Position numbers and translations under genes: made by a program
Shown here: piece after piece, positions 49,033-61,067 of the stretch
Position numbering within the stretch: position 1 is the first letter of the stretch
Layout of the letters: each line of letters opens with the position of its first letter
Notes under the pieces: generated by a model
Database searches by the model: none
The model's input: only the letters and a program-made list of their open reading frames with translations
Told to the model about the DNA's origin: nothing
Source: Callorhinchus milii
Lineage: Eukaryota
DNA: 64,000 bases
NCBI RefSeq assembly: GCF_018977255.1
Contig: NW_024704756.1
Location: 17,298,001 to 17,362,000, forward strand
Direction of reading: 5' to 3'

Positions 49033-49226
49033 CTATCAGAGATCAGAGCTCAGAGGGTAAGGACAAACCAGGGAGTCATCAAACACCTTCCCTTCCCCAA
49101 ACCAGGCTCTGAACTAGGCCCATTCCAAATCCTTTCCAGCCTGCTGACAAACCCAGAAAATCATTCTCTCCCTCTCTCACCATGCAAAGAAGAGAGGAAA
49201 TTAGAAAAGGAACATTTGTGACTCAC

Positions 49227-49297
49227 CCTTCGTGGAAAATGGGAACCCCGGGATGAAAGGAGCAGGTCTGAGAGTTACTCTGAGGTCCCTGGAATGT
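49227..49297 (-). CDS. ITGB1BP2: Melusin exon 7 (CHORD2)
   Basis: 71 nt; TFQGPQSNSQTCSFHPGVPIFHEG. Confidence 0.9.
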
Positions 49298-49733
49298 CTG
49301 GTGAGATAAACCCAGAGTCAGCTTGTGCCAACATGACTTGGCTCAGCACAACACAGTCACCACACTCCCCCAACTTCAGCCCAGTACACCTTCTCTCCTG
49401 ACAGTTAACATTGCCTCAAATACGCTCTTCACCAGTTCTTAAAAAAGAGACTTTCAGATGAAGGCTGGATACAACAAATTCACACAATTTAACCTTACAT
49501 GTTAAGACAGAACAATCTCATAGGCTGAGACAGGGGGGAATTTTGGATTCTTGGGGTGTCTAAACAGCCGCAACTCTCCAGGGAGAGAGAGCACATTCCA
49601 CTCCACACACAAAAAAAATGTGTAGGCAACAGACATATGTGGAACTCGCAGTCTGGTTTGGAGATGTTTAAGCACAGTGATGGGTTTCCACCTGGCTGAC
49701 CCCAAAAATGTTGGACTCTCCCATGGGACCCAC

Positions 49734-49795
49734 CTTCATACACCCAGAGTTTTTACACACCGTGCCCACTTGAACTGCTCTGCTGCCTTCGGTCT
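49734..49795 (-). CDS. ITGB1BP2: Melusin exon 6
   Basis: 62 nt; (E)TEGSRAVQVGTVCKNSGCMK; AG/GTGGGT; phases fit the neighbouring exons. Confidence 0.85.
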
Positions 49796-49934
49796 CTGAA
49801 ACACAAAATAACAGTCACTAGCAAATCCGGACACGCTTGCAGACTAATAATAAAACAGTGATAACAATCCCAGCATTTGTTACAGCGCAGAGACTGGCGA
49901 GGACATCTCACAGCACTTCACCAGCACAGCTTAC

Positions 49935-50038
49935 CTCTCTGCACACCCACAGGTTGCAGTGTGTGACTGAGCTTCTCTAGTGCCTCCTGCAGGGAGACGG
50001 AGACTTTCTGAGGGAGTTTCACCATCGGCTCATCAGCG
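49935..50038 (-). CDS. ITGB1BP2: Melusin exon 5
   Basis: 104 nt; ADEPMVKLPQKVSVSLQEALEKLSHTLQPVGVQR. Confidence 0.85.
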
Positions 50039-50278
50039 CTGGTAATTAATCAAAGACAAATCATCAACAGATTATTACTGTCTATTATTCTCACCTGGTA
50101 TCCACAGCCAACAACTCCCAGCCATAGTGCGGGTTAGAGACACAGTAATGCTCCCTCTACACTGTGCGTCCACACTCCCAGGTCAGGGTTAGAGACACAG
50201 TGAAACTCCCTCTACACTGTGCGTCATACTCCCAGGTCAGTGACAGCATGGGTGACAGAGATTGTTGAGGAACCTCAC

Positions 50279-50442
50279 CTCGGTCGCTCTCTCTCCATTC
50301 TTTCCGCTGACTTTGGTCCCTGGAAGATGTACTCAGAGCCGACCTGAGCATTCAGGGTTTGAGCCATATCCGTATCATTTTGCACCTCGACTTTCACAGT
50401 TTCCGGAAGCTTCTGATTGCTGTGCCGGCCACGAGTGCAGCC
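50279..50442 (-). CDS. ITGB1BP2: Melusin exon 4
   Basis: 164 nt; GCTRGRHSNQKLPE...FQGPKSAERMERERP; PKSAE...RERP is melusin-like. Confidence 0.88.
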
Positions 50443-50720
50443 CTGGGCCAGAGAGAACCAGAATTCAGTCACATAATCCCAACATTCCAATTCCAACAAG
50501 ACATACTGTCTCCCGGAGGCCAGGGATGTCCCGCTCAGCGCTTCTCGCTCAGCGGCTCACAGACCATCGGCTTTGTGTCTGCTATATTTTATAGTTTTAC
50601 ATCCATTCAGCTGGTGCTCGCTCCCCCACTGGAGCTCTCTACTCTAACCCCATTCCCTGCTCTCTCTCTCCCCATCGTTTCCCGCGATTCATTGCAGCAG
50701 GCCGGTAAGTGCACATGGTT

Positions 50721-51047
50721 GTGGAGTCCTGTAGCTCAGTGGTTAGAGCACTCGCTTTGCAAGTGAGAGACCTGAGTTCAATTCCAGTCAGGGCGAAACC
50801 TTGGGCAAGTTTCCTTACTCCACACAGAGCCTAATAATAATCCCTCCAAAAAAACAAAATAATAATAAATTGGTCATTTTCAATCTACGACTGTTTGTGG
50901 GACATTGCTGTGCGCAATTGGCTGCCGCGTTCGCCCACAAATATACAGTCAATTCACTTTACAGTGTGTTCTGTGAAGCGCTTTGGGACGTCCTCCCGAC
51001 GTGAAAAGCGCTATATCAAATGCAAGGATTATTATTATTATTATTAT
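50721..51047 (+). mobile_element. Young tRNA(Ala)-derived SINE in melusin intron 3
   Basis: Intact A and B boxes, body and (ATT)n tail; inserted in a short tandem array of a roughly 72-bp unit (50611-50678, 51045-51165). Confidence 0.92.
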
Positions 51048-51286
51048 CGTGTCTGTGTTGGTGCTCGCTCCCCCACTGGAGCTCTCTAATCTCACCCCAT
51101 TCCCTGCTCTCTCTCCCCATCGTGTCTGTGCTGGTGCTCACTCCCCCATGGGAGCTGTCTATTCTAGTCTGAATCCCAACTCCCACCTGATCCCCTATTA
51201 TTTACTCTGGAGTTTTCTGCAGCCCCAGAGGACAAGATTTGCACCCACACGAGTCACTTCCCAACTGCGTCCAAGGCCCCACTCAC

Positions 51287-51343
51287 TGGGATTTCCAAGA
51301 ATTCTGCAAAGTCAGTCGTTCTTTTCCTGCAACACGACCACCC
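51287..51343 (-). CDS. ITGB1BP2: Melusin exon 3 (CHORD1)
   Basis: 57 nt; GWSCCRKRTTDFAEFLEIP. Confidence 0.9.
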
Positions 51344-51603
51344 CTGGGGAAAGAGAGGAAAATGTGAGGGCGGCGAGAAGGAGGGAGAGGGTGCACAGGC
51401 AAAGGAGGGACCAAGGGAAAGTGTGAGGATGAGGGTTTACCAGAATTCCACCTCACAACCTGGTTCTGAATTTCACAAATGGGCTGAAGGAAACCCACTG
51501 CTGAACCAGAACCTTGAAGTAGAATGGATCAGACACCAGACCCAGTGCCGGGAAGGGTGAGCTATGCCGGATAGGCTGGGACAGTTTGGGGGCTCAGACG
51601 TAC

Positions 51604-51653
51604 CTTCAGGGCATCGTGGAAGATGGGAGCTCCTGGGTGGTAAACACAGTCTC
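51604..51653 (-). CDS. ITGB1BP2: Melusin exon 2 (CHORD1)
   Basis: 50 nt; DCVYHPGAPIFHDALK. Confidence 0.9.
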
Positions 51654-52507
51654 CTGTCAGGAGAGAAGGTTAGAGTTTAGGGTGGGCAGCGAGGGTGAGA
51701 TGTGAGCAACACTGACCAAGAGAGGGTCAAACCACAAACACCGAGCAGCGGAACCCAGCGTCACTGGACTCTGGCCAGTATCTGCTCTCAGTGGCTGAGC
51801 CACGCATGGAGTTTTAGACTTGCTGCTCACTCGCTCCCAGGAACCTGGTGTGTGGCTGCCACTTGGCTCGACTGGTCACCAGGTCAGGGACGGAGATTGG
51901 GAAAGTGAGCACTCCATTCCAGACACAAGGAATCTCCATGTGTAGATGACACACATGGAACTCAGTCTGCTTTGGAGACTGAAGCATAGATGGGTTTCCA
52001 CATGTGTGACAGGACCTGACTGATCCTAAAACATACCGACCTGTGCTTGGGGGATTGGGCCTGGTTCAGGTCCCAGCTGTCAGGCTGATCTGGAATAGAG
52101 GCCAGGGGTGAGTGTGTGGGTGTGGGGGGTGTGGGGAGGAGTGTATAAGGGGGGAGGGGTGTGTGAATGTATGTGTGTGGGAAGTATGTGTGGGGTGAGG
52201 GGGGAATGGGTGGGGGAGGGGAAGGAGTGTGTGTGTGTGTGTGTGGAGTAGGGGGGTTGAATGCGTGTGTGTAATGGTGTGTAGGGGGGGTGGGGTCTGA
52301 GGAAGAAATGTTCCCACAATAGCCCAAACCAACCTCCTCCAGAGAGAGTGATTCCATTCACAGCGAAAGCAAATCAGTGTGAAAGGCATATGAGGGACAG
52401 GGCTGAGCGCCAGCAGAGGGTTAGTTCAGGAGTTAGTTGAATACTTAGTTCGTTAATAAGATGGCAGAAAGGTTAGTTTACAAAGTGGTGAAGGTTTGGA
52501 GACTCAC

Positions 52508-52571
52508 CGTCCGTGTTGCTGAGCGATTGGAAGCTCTGGCCACAGCCTCTGTTATAGCAGAGCTCAGACAT
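52508..52571 (-). CDS. ITGB1BP2: Melusin exon 1
   Basis: 64 nt; MSELCYNRGCGQSFQSLSNTD(G); the 11 exons total 1125 nt = 374 aa with no frameshift. Confidence 0.9.
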
Positions 52572-52738
52572 TCCCCGCTCCGCGCTGACAGCAAGTCCTG
52601 GGATTGAGAGGGATCGGGAATATGGCTTCCAGCAGATCCCGTCCGTCCGCCCGGTGACTGGTGAAGCAACCGAGAGGCAGAGACGAGGAGCTGGAACTCT
52701 CTCGCTATCAAGTGGGAAGGAGTCAGATTAGCATTTGC

Positions 52739-52748
52739 CCAAAAATAG
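52739..52748. promoter_or_regulatory. MEF2-type site in the melusin proximal promoter
   Basis: CCAAAAATAG about 170 bp upstream of the ATG, flanked by E-boxes. Confidence 0.5.
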
Positions 52749-52823
52749 GCACAACATTTGTTCCGGGCGATCAAGTGGCGCAAAGAGAGACAGACAGACT
52801 CCAACTTATTCACACCCTGACAC

Positions 52824-52991
52824 NNNNNNNNNNNNNNNNNNNNNNNNNNNNNNNNNNNNNNNNNNNNNNNNNNNNNNNNNNNNNNNNNNNNNNNNNNNNN
52901 NNNNNNNNNNNNNNNNNNNNNNNNNNNNNNNNNNNNNNNNNNNNNNNNNNNNNNNNNNNNNNNNNNNNNNNNNNNNNNNNNNNNNNNNNNN
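52824..52991. other. Assembly gap (168 N)
   Basis: Run of N adjoining a CA-rich repeat. Confidence 1.
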
Positions 52992-53575
52992 TCACACACA
53001 CAGACTGTCACTAATACACTCACACACACGCACAGACTATAGCTCACTCACTCACTCACTCACTCACACACACACACACACACAGACTGCCACTAATACA
53101 CTCACACACTCGCACACAGACTGTAGCTCACTCACACACACACAGACTGTCACTAATACACTCACACACTCGCACACAGACTGTAGCTCACTCACTCACA
53201 CACACACACACACACACAGACTGTCACTAATACACTCACACACACGCACAGACTATAGCTCACTCACTCACACACACTGTCACTAATACACTCACACACA
53301 CGCACAGACTATAGCTCACTCACTCACACACAGACTGTCACTAATACACACACACACACGCACAGACTGTAGCTCACTCACTCACACACTGTCACTAATA
53401 CACTCACACACACGCACAGACTGTAGCTCACTCACTCACACTGACTGTCACTAACTCACACTCACGCACACAGACTGTAGCTCACTCACACACACACACA
53501 TATAGACACAGGCTACATACAGTTCACTTACAGACTGTAGCTCACTCACACATGTACACACACACTCACACACAC
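52992..53575 (+). repeat. CA-rich compound minisatellite
   Basis: Recurring CAGACTGTCACTAATACACTCACAC and CAGACTGTAGCTCACTCA units. Confidence 0.9.
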
Positions 53576-55784
53576 CTTGACACAGTCATTGGGTGATTGT
53601 TCCTCGTCTGAGAGTCCGAGCAGCTTCCAGACGGGGGAGAGGCGGGGGCATTAGGTGAGGATAAACGAGACCAGTCTCAGTCTGTGAGGCCATTTTTGTT
53701 TTAAAATTAATCTCACAGAATTGTGGAAAATTCTGAAATCCTGTCGTAATTTGGAACCATTTGTTTCTGCAGTTCAACATCAGATTCCAAACCTTGACTG
53801 AAATGAAGAAGTGTCCACGTTTCTCGGGTTACTTTGAATTGCAGAACCAAATGATGTGTGAGGCTGAGACCGACTGGAATCTGAGCGCCCAGAACCCGCC
53901 TTACTCTCGAGATCCCGCTGTGGTGATGTTGCAGTGATTGCTCGGGGCCGCGGGGCGGCGCTGTGAGTCTGTCGCAGTCACTGCTTAGGGGCCACAGGGC
54001 AGCGCAGCACTGCTCAGCAGTTCTACAGAGCCACCCAGTGGCTGAGTTCGGGTACTACAACCAGCGCTCAGCAGAGCTGCTGCACGACTGTGTTAACAGG
54101 GACCAGGGACTCGCACTGATGCAGTGACGTTCACACAGATAGACAAAGCAGATTAAAGCGCCTATTCAGCCACAGGAGAAGCAGAGACTTACAAGTCTTC
54201 AGTGAGGTTATAATATGATAATCACATTTTGGGACAAAGTCATGGATGTGGATACGATTCCAGCCACACCGCCATCTCAGGCAAAATCATCTTCAGAACT
54301 GGACGGGAGGAAAATGGAGTTTCTCCTGGTTCTGTGGCTTTTAATATTCCAAATAGTCATTCTCTTAATAGCCATAGGTGGCACATTGTAGGCGTCCGGG
54401 GGCTGGGGTGGGGCGGTGGGAGACACACAGCGAGGGGGCAGACACAGTAAGGGAGGCAGACACACAGTGGGAGATGGGGGAGACACACAGTGGGAAGGGG
54501 GGAGGCACTCAGTGAAGGGGTAGACACACAGTGGGGGGGGCAGACACAAAAGCGCGGATTGACAAAGTTTTGCACCCCGTGTATTACAATTATTTAATTA
54601 TTATTTTGAGTTTTTATACATTTGAACAAATTCAAAAGCTTCTTTTCTACAAGAGTTTCAAAGCGAACATTCCCGCCCGGAGCAGTGCCGAGGGCCCTAC
54701 ACGTTTCACTATGGCCACATCCCCACACGTGCGTTAGTTAGTGTGTTACATGATCCATGCCCTACTCTCACCAGTCTTCAGGAGTCAGTTTATTACACAC
54801 AAACTCTCTTTCCTCTGATTAGACAAAGAAGCCAGAGTTTCACCTACAAAGAATATAACATTTGTTTTGTTTCTCTCTTACTCTGGATGTGTGACACATG
54901 TGCTCACAATTGTAGTGATCCATTTTCCCTCTTACAGATTGGGTGAAAAGTGTTTGTGAGGCCAGGAGGGGAGGTGGAGCTGAGCACAGGCCACTCAATC
55001 TCACACCCACGGCTCCCCGCAGGGACGAGGAGACAATCTTTTACAATTAACACAGCGCTTACAAGTCGGGAAGCCACACACATGACCAACGTGGGCCACA
55101 CACATGACCAACTCGGGCCACATACATGACCAACGCGGGCCACACACGTGACCAAGTGCAGTGTAGCTGCCGGGTGTCTGGCCAGTAACTGGACGTTATG
55201 CCCTAACAGCTGAGGACGCAGTGAGGAGTCTCTGGAAGCCCAGATTGTCACCAATAAACACTGACTGACAGACACTGACCTGACCAGCATATCCCTACCC
55301 TTAACGGGGTGGGGGGGGGGGAGCTGAAGCAAACCGTAATCCTGCCCCCTCCCTCCATTGAGATCAGTAATTGAGCAGACAGACGGACAGTGTGGGCTCA
55401 GTGCGGCTCTGGCCAGGACCTCTGTGTAGCCCACCACCAGAGATCCCAAACTGTCCCAAAATATATCAATACATTGTAAACATTCCCATTAAACTGAACT
55501 CTGAAGCTTTCCCCACGAGAACCAGAGAAAGATAGCAGCCAGCAAAGAGCAGGACATTGAGAGTGAGCGAGCAAGCTCCCTGACCCACCCCCACCCCCAG
55601 CCCCAGCCCCATCCCCAACCCAGCCTGGCTCCCATCGCCAGCAGATAGACTGTGATAATGAGACAAAGTTCTGGCCTGGTGCAGATACGCCACAGTAATG
55701 ATGCTCATTCCCCGTCTCTGGGATTCCAAGAAAAGTCCTAAACAAAAAATCTGTTTGTCCATGAGCGAAGCGACTGCTCCGACC

Positions 55785-55837
55785 TCACAAAATGGTACAA
55801 CAGCTCCTCTCCCCCGCCTTCTCCCGGTTCCTTTTAC
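55785..55837 (-). CDS. UBL3: UBL3-like exon 5 (last)
   Basis: 53 nt; (G)KRNREKAGERSCCTIL*; CCaaX prenylation motif. Confidence 0.9.
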
Positions 55838-56030
55838 CTGTCACACAGAGAGACAGACAGAGAGACTCAGAGAGACAAACAGAGAGACACACAGAGACTC
55901 AGAGAGACAGACAGAGAAACACACAGAGAGATAGACAGAGAGACTCATAGAGACAGAGAAATACACAGAGAGATACACTCAGAGAGACACAGGCACACAC
56001 ACACAAACGAGGCACAGAGAGATGGTTATG

Positions 56031-56228
56031 GTGTGTGACAGGCACGGGCTGGTCACGGTGATGGGTTTCAGTGTGTGACAGGCACCGGCTGATCACGATG
56101 ATGGGGTTCGGTGTGTGACAGGCACCGGCTGATCACGATGATGGGGTTCGGTGTGTGACAGACACCGGCTGATCATGGTGATGGGTTTCGGTGTGTGACA
56201 GACACCAGCTGATCACGGTGATGGGTTT
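56031..56228 (+). repeat. 40-bp minisatellite, 5 copies, in UBL3 intron 4
   Basis: GTGTGTGACAGGCACCGGCTGATCACGATGATGGGGTTCG-type unit. Confidence 0.92.
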
Positions 56229-56262
56229 TGTTGGCAAGTGTGGGGAGGTGATGAAGCCTTAC

Positions 56263-56340
56263 CCTGGAAGCTGGGTTCCGGCAGTGTCTCCCTGGCAACC
56301 AGGTGCATAACTGCGGTCCTGCCGGGCGGCAGCTTCAGGG
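56263..56340 (-). CDS. UBL3: UBL3-like exon 4
   Basis: 78 nt; (A)LKLPPGRTAVMHLVARETLPEPSFQ. Confidence 0.92.
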
Positions 56341-56536
56341 CTGTGGAGAGAGACGTGTCCCAGAGAGTGAGTGACCATTGGAGGAACAGACAGGACCGAG
56401 CGCACAGGAACACTGGAGGGCGGCTGGTGTGCCAACTGGAAATCAGACACCCACAGCCAAAACCACAGCACGGACACTGCTGACCCCACTGACACCCAGT
56501 GACTCACACCCTCACTGACCCCACACTGTGACTTAC

Positions 56537-56623
56537 CCCCCAGTGTGACATTGCCGTGTAGAAAGCGTCCCTGGTAAATGAGGCGCAGGATGTCGGAGCT
56601 GCTGACCTGCTCCTCTTCCCAAC
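56537..56623 (-). CDS. UBL3: UBL3-like exon 3
   Basis: 87 nt; WEEEQVSSSDILRLIYQGRFLHGNVTLG. Confidence 0.93.
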
Positions 56624-56848
56624 CTGCAAACACACACACACACCGAGGTCACCAGCGGCCATGGCAGGGCAGGCCCCAGGGTGAGGCTGGGGGGTGGGGC
56701 TGAGCCCAGAGGAATTAGACAAGAATTTGTAATGGAAAAGGCATGTGGGGCTGGTGGGGGTGGGAAGAGAGGGCAACCCCCACTACAGACCCCCTCACAC
56801 CCGCAGACCCCCTCACACACAGACGCACACATGCTCCCCAACACGTAC

Positions 56849-56957
56849 CCATTGGCCAGTTTTGATAAACATGTTTGGCGACATCCACGGCTGAATCATT
56901 CGGAGAAAACAGGAATTCCTTGGTCTTCCCACTCACTAGGATAAGGCGCAAGTTTAT
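56849..56957 (-). CDS. UBL3: UBL3-like exon 2
   Basis: 109 nt; INLRLILVSGKTKEFLFSPNDSAVDVAKHVYQNWPM. Confidence 0.93.
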
Positions 56958-58321
56958 CTGTATCAGAGAGAGAGAGAGAGAGAGAGGGTGAGAGAATTAG
57001 GGAGAGAGAGAGTTGAGAAAGGGGTTGGGTGGGAGGAAGAGATTGAGAGAGAGAGACGGTGAGAGAGAGAGTTGGAGAGAGAAAGAGAATTAGAGAGAGA
57101 GAATTAGAAATGCCACACCCACACAATGACATACACAGACAACTCACATTCCAGCTGTTAATTCAATTGAGGGGATGCGAGCCAGGATAGCAGGGAGTCA
57201 GGAGAACTTCATCTTTCCTTACAATATAGGAGAGGGCCGGCCAGTTGGTACAGTCCAGAGCAGGGCTGGAGCCTGTGTGCGACATGGGGACAGGGAGCAG
57301 TCCTGACCAGTACATGTTATTATCACGGTGACCTCCCAGGAGGTTCTCCCGTTTTGCCCGAATCCGCAGCATGGGAACATAGGAACAGGGAGAGCCATTC
57401 AGTGCCTTGAGCCTGTTCTGTCACTCTATCAGATCCCGGCTGATCTGTACCTCAACTCCTATTGAGGAGATGGCTTCTCTTTTAAAAACATGTCAAAAAA
57501 CAGCTTCCAACAGAGCCCGTATTTAAGAGTTTTCCACAATTCCTCCCGATGTTGACATCTCACACCCCGAGATGGTCAGACACCGGGGGAAGTGCGGGAG
57601 GCAGTGAAGGCTGGAGAAACAGGACCAGCGTGGGCCCCCCACCCCCACACTCCCCAAAGGTCTGGAATCACATGGTACGTGTTTGCTGTATAAGTGGTGA
57701 CTCTGTAGCTCTAGGGATGGAAGTGGGGAATGAGACGACTGTGAGTGGAGATAAGGTTCACACTGACTGGTGCCACTGGTCACAGACAGCCACAAACAGG
57801 GACTGTGCGGGAACAATGGGCTGAAGCAAAGCCCGAGCCTGTGGCAGGCGGCCCCTCAGAGCCAGCTGTTCGAGGCAGACAAGAGCCGCTCACACTGAGC
57901 CCAGGACAATCATATTGTCACAGAGGAGATGTGGGCAGTGACACACGCTGACAAACACACCCAGCATCTTAATCAGGGCTAGAGCCACAGCCTGCCCTGC
58001 TCGCAGGAACGCACCCCGACAGACACACACACACACACACACAGACATACACACACAGCAAGGCACCCCAACAGACAAACACACACAGTAAGGCACCCAG
58101 ACAGACAGACAGACAGACAGACGCACACGAATAGACAGACAGACACAGCAAGGCACCCAGACAGACGAACAGACAGACACAGCTGCCACGGCAAACAGCC
58201 ACAGGGACCAGCTCCAAGAATGTCCCAGTAACTGGATATTAAGTTTACATCCACATGTCCCCTCATCCCTGTGTGAATCTCACAGTGTGGTCAGCACACT
58301 CCTGATACACCACTATGATCT

Positions 58322-58660
58322 TGGAGTTCTGTAGCTCAGTGGTTAGTGCTCTCGCCTCACAAGCAAGAGGCCCTGGGTTCAATTCCCGGGCAGGGCAAAA
58401 CCTTAGGCAGGTCTCCTTACTCCACACACCTCTGTTTATCGAGCAGTAAGTAGGAACCTGGTTGTTAGTCAATTGGAGGATCACTTTGTGGGGGCTAATA
58501 ATCCCTCCCCCAAAATATAATAATGTGGTCACTCAATCCATGACTGTTTGTTGCAATTGGCTTTTGTCCACCAAATGTACAGTCAATTCACTGTACAGTA
58601 TATTCCATGAAGCTCTTTGAGACGTCTCAATGATGTGATGAGGCGCTATATCGAAAGCTA
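58322..58660 (+). mobile_element. Long-form tRNA SINE (older subfamily)
   Basis: Same head and tail as the young family plus internal CCTCTGTTTATCGAGCAGTAAGTAGGAACCTGGTTGTTAGTCAATTGGAGGATCAC. Confidence 0.8.
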
Positions 58661-59681
58661 TAACCAAAATGTTTACTCACCTGTTCCTGCGTGTCCCTGG
58701 CTGGCATCACCTCTGGCATCGGAGCAGGGTCTAACAGGAGGTTTTCACCGGCTGCGAGTGGCTGTGGAGACAGAGAGTTTGTTCGGTCAAGCCAACCATA
58801 CGAGCAAGCAGGTCACCCACTGACACACAGCAAACCAGGAACAGGGCAGCACGGCCACAACACACTCCCCCTGAGCCCAGAGAACACTGGCTCCGAGTGC
58901 AGAGAGAGAGAGAAATCACTCTCCGAGGAATCTCACTACAGCAATCTTAATAAATAATAATAATCCTTGTATTTGATATAGTGCCCTATCACGTCACAGA
59001 ATATACAGTAAAGTGCAGTGACTGTGCACTTTCAGGGCAAAACGCGGCAGCCATTTGCACACAGCCATGTCCCACAAACACTCGTGGATTGAGTAACCAA
59101 ATTTATTTTGGGGATTGTTGGCAGGAGAGAGAGAAACTGCATTCTCTTTTCGAATAGCGCCACAGGATCTTTACCTGAACAGGCAGACAGGACCTCGGTT
59201 TAACGTCTCATCCGAAGATGGCACCTCTGACAATGCAACTCACCTCCTCCCCCAGCGCTGCATTGGAGCATCAGCTTAGACTATGTCATTCCAAATCCCG
59301 ACATGTTACATCTCAAAACCATGTTGTCTGTGTCCCTGACTGTCCATCGTCACTGATTTTGAAGGACACACACACGCGCGAACACAAAAATTCCTTTATC
59401 CCTCTCAGAGCCCATTACAGTATAGATCAGATAAGAGACAATGCTTCCTTTGTTATCTGTGTTTCACACCATCTCCTAAAGGTACCAGGAAAGTAGCTTT
59501 AGTTTAATGCAAATCCATTTAAGAAAACAATCCGCTGGCAGTCATCCTCAGAGATGTCACCTTCCTCCCCTGTGTATGTGAGCTCAGCCACCAGGTACCT
59601 GAGTCCAGTCAACGCTCACAGACCATAACCTTGTCCTCTCTCTCCATCAAGTGAGGATTATTTTCACCCTAAACCCAGGCA

Positions 59682-60260
59682 ACACATATATACACCCCCC
59701 ACCCCTTATATATACACCCCCCACATATATACACCCCCCACCCCTTATATATACACCCCCCACATATATACACCCCCCAACCCTTATATATACACCCCCC
59801 ACATATATACACCCCCCACCCCTTATATATACACCCCCCACATATATAAACTCCCCACACTTATATATACACACCCCTACACTTATATAAACTCCCCACC
59901 CCTTATATATACACCCCCCGACACATATATACACCCCCACCCCTTATATATACACCCCCCGACACATATATACACCCCCACCCCTTATATATACACCCCC
60001 CGACACATATATACACCCCCACCCCTTATATATACACCCCCTCACACATAAATAAACTCCCCACCCCTTATATATACACCCCCCGACACATATATACACC
60101 TCCCCAACACATGTATACACTCCCGCAACATATATACAGCCCCGTTCACATATATACAACCCCCTACACAAATACACCCCCCTACACACACATATACAGC
60201 CCCCTTCACATATATACACCTTCCCTACACATATACACCGCCCCCCCTACACATACACAC
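59682..60260 (+). repeat. About 39-bp minisatellite (CACATATATACACCCCCCACCCCTTATATATACACCCCC) in UBL3 intron 1
   Basis: Tandem units that decay towards the right. Confidence 0.9.
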
Positions 60261-60364
60261 ACATATACCCCATCTCACCGACACCACACACACATACCTA
60301 CACACACAGACACACCCGAGACTGGGAGACGTGCCAGTGCGGGGAAGGCCGGGGCTGGACATAC

Positions 60365-60391
60365 CTGATCACAAGGTGCAGCAGAGGACAT
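60365..60391 (-). CDS. UBL3: UBL3-like coding exon 1
   Basis: 27 nt; MSSAAPCDQ, AAGATG start, CAG|GTATGT donor; gives 117 aa in total, the canonical UBL3 length. Confidence 0.8.
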
Positions 60392-61067
60392 CTTGCAGGA
60401 GCTGATGTGTCAGAGAGAGAGGGAGAGAGAGAGGGAAATAGAGGGCGAGAGGGGGAGTGTGTGTGAGTTTAACACCAGCAAACCTGCCTCTCGATCTCCG
60501 GCTCTGCCCCACACCCGGAGGCTGTCAGCCGCCCGGGGGTCAATCCCGGACAAACCTCTGTGTGTGTGTGTCACTGGTTGGAGGCGTCCCCGCTCTGCTC
60601 ACACTCCCTACACCAGTCACAGGGAAAACACAACAAAGTCCCCCTCACCCCCACAACCCCCCCCACTAACCCCCTCCCCCCCCCCGCCCCCGGAGGGGTG
60701 TTGGTGGGAGTGTTTTGTGGGCGTGAGGGGGAATAGCCTCAGATTCTGTTACACTTCTCTCTGCCTCACACCTCGATCTTTGGTTGTTAACAATAACAAC
60801 AACTTGCATTTATATAGCGAACCTCATGCAGGAGAGCGTCCCAGAGCGCCCGTCACTCCAATAATAATAATAATAATAATCCTGGCATTTGATACAGCGT
60901 CTGATCACGTCGTCGAGACGTCTCAAAGCGCTTCACAGGATACACTGTAAAGTGAATTGACTATATTTGTGGATGAAACACAGTAGGCAATTGCGCGCAG
61001 CAGCGTCCCCACAAACAGTCATGGACTGAAGTGATCGATTTATTATTACTCTATATCAGCAATACAT

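Noticed and set aside
50721-50795. tRNA-Ala(TGC) gene
   Set aside because: It is the head of a SINE; it continues into the SINE body and lacks a proper acceptor stem and terminator.
47086-52571. Calling the CHORD gene CHORDC1
   Set aside because: The acidic C-terminal tail, the PKSAE/RERP linker, the PIFH/CCRKR residues and the MEF2 promoter site favour ITGB1BP2.
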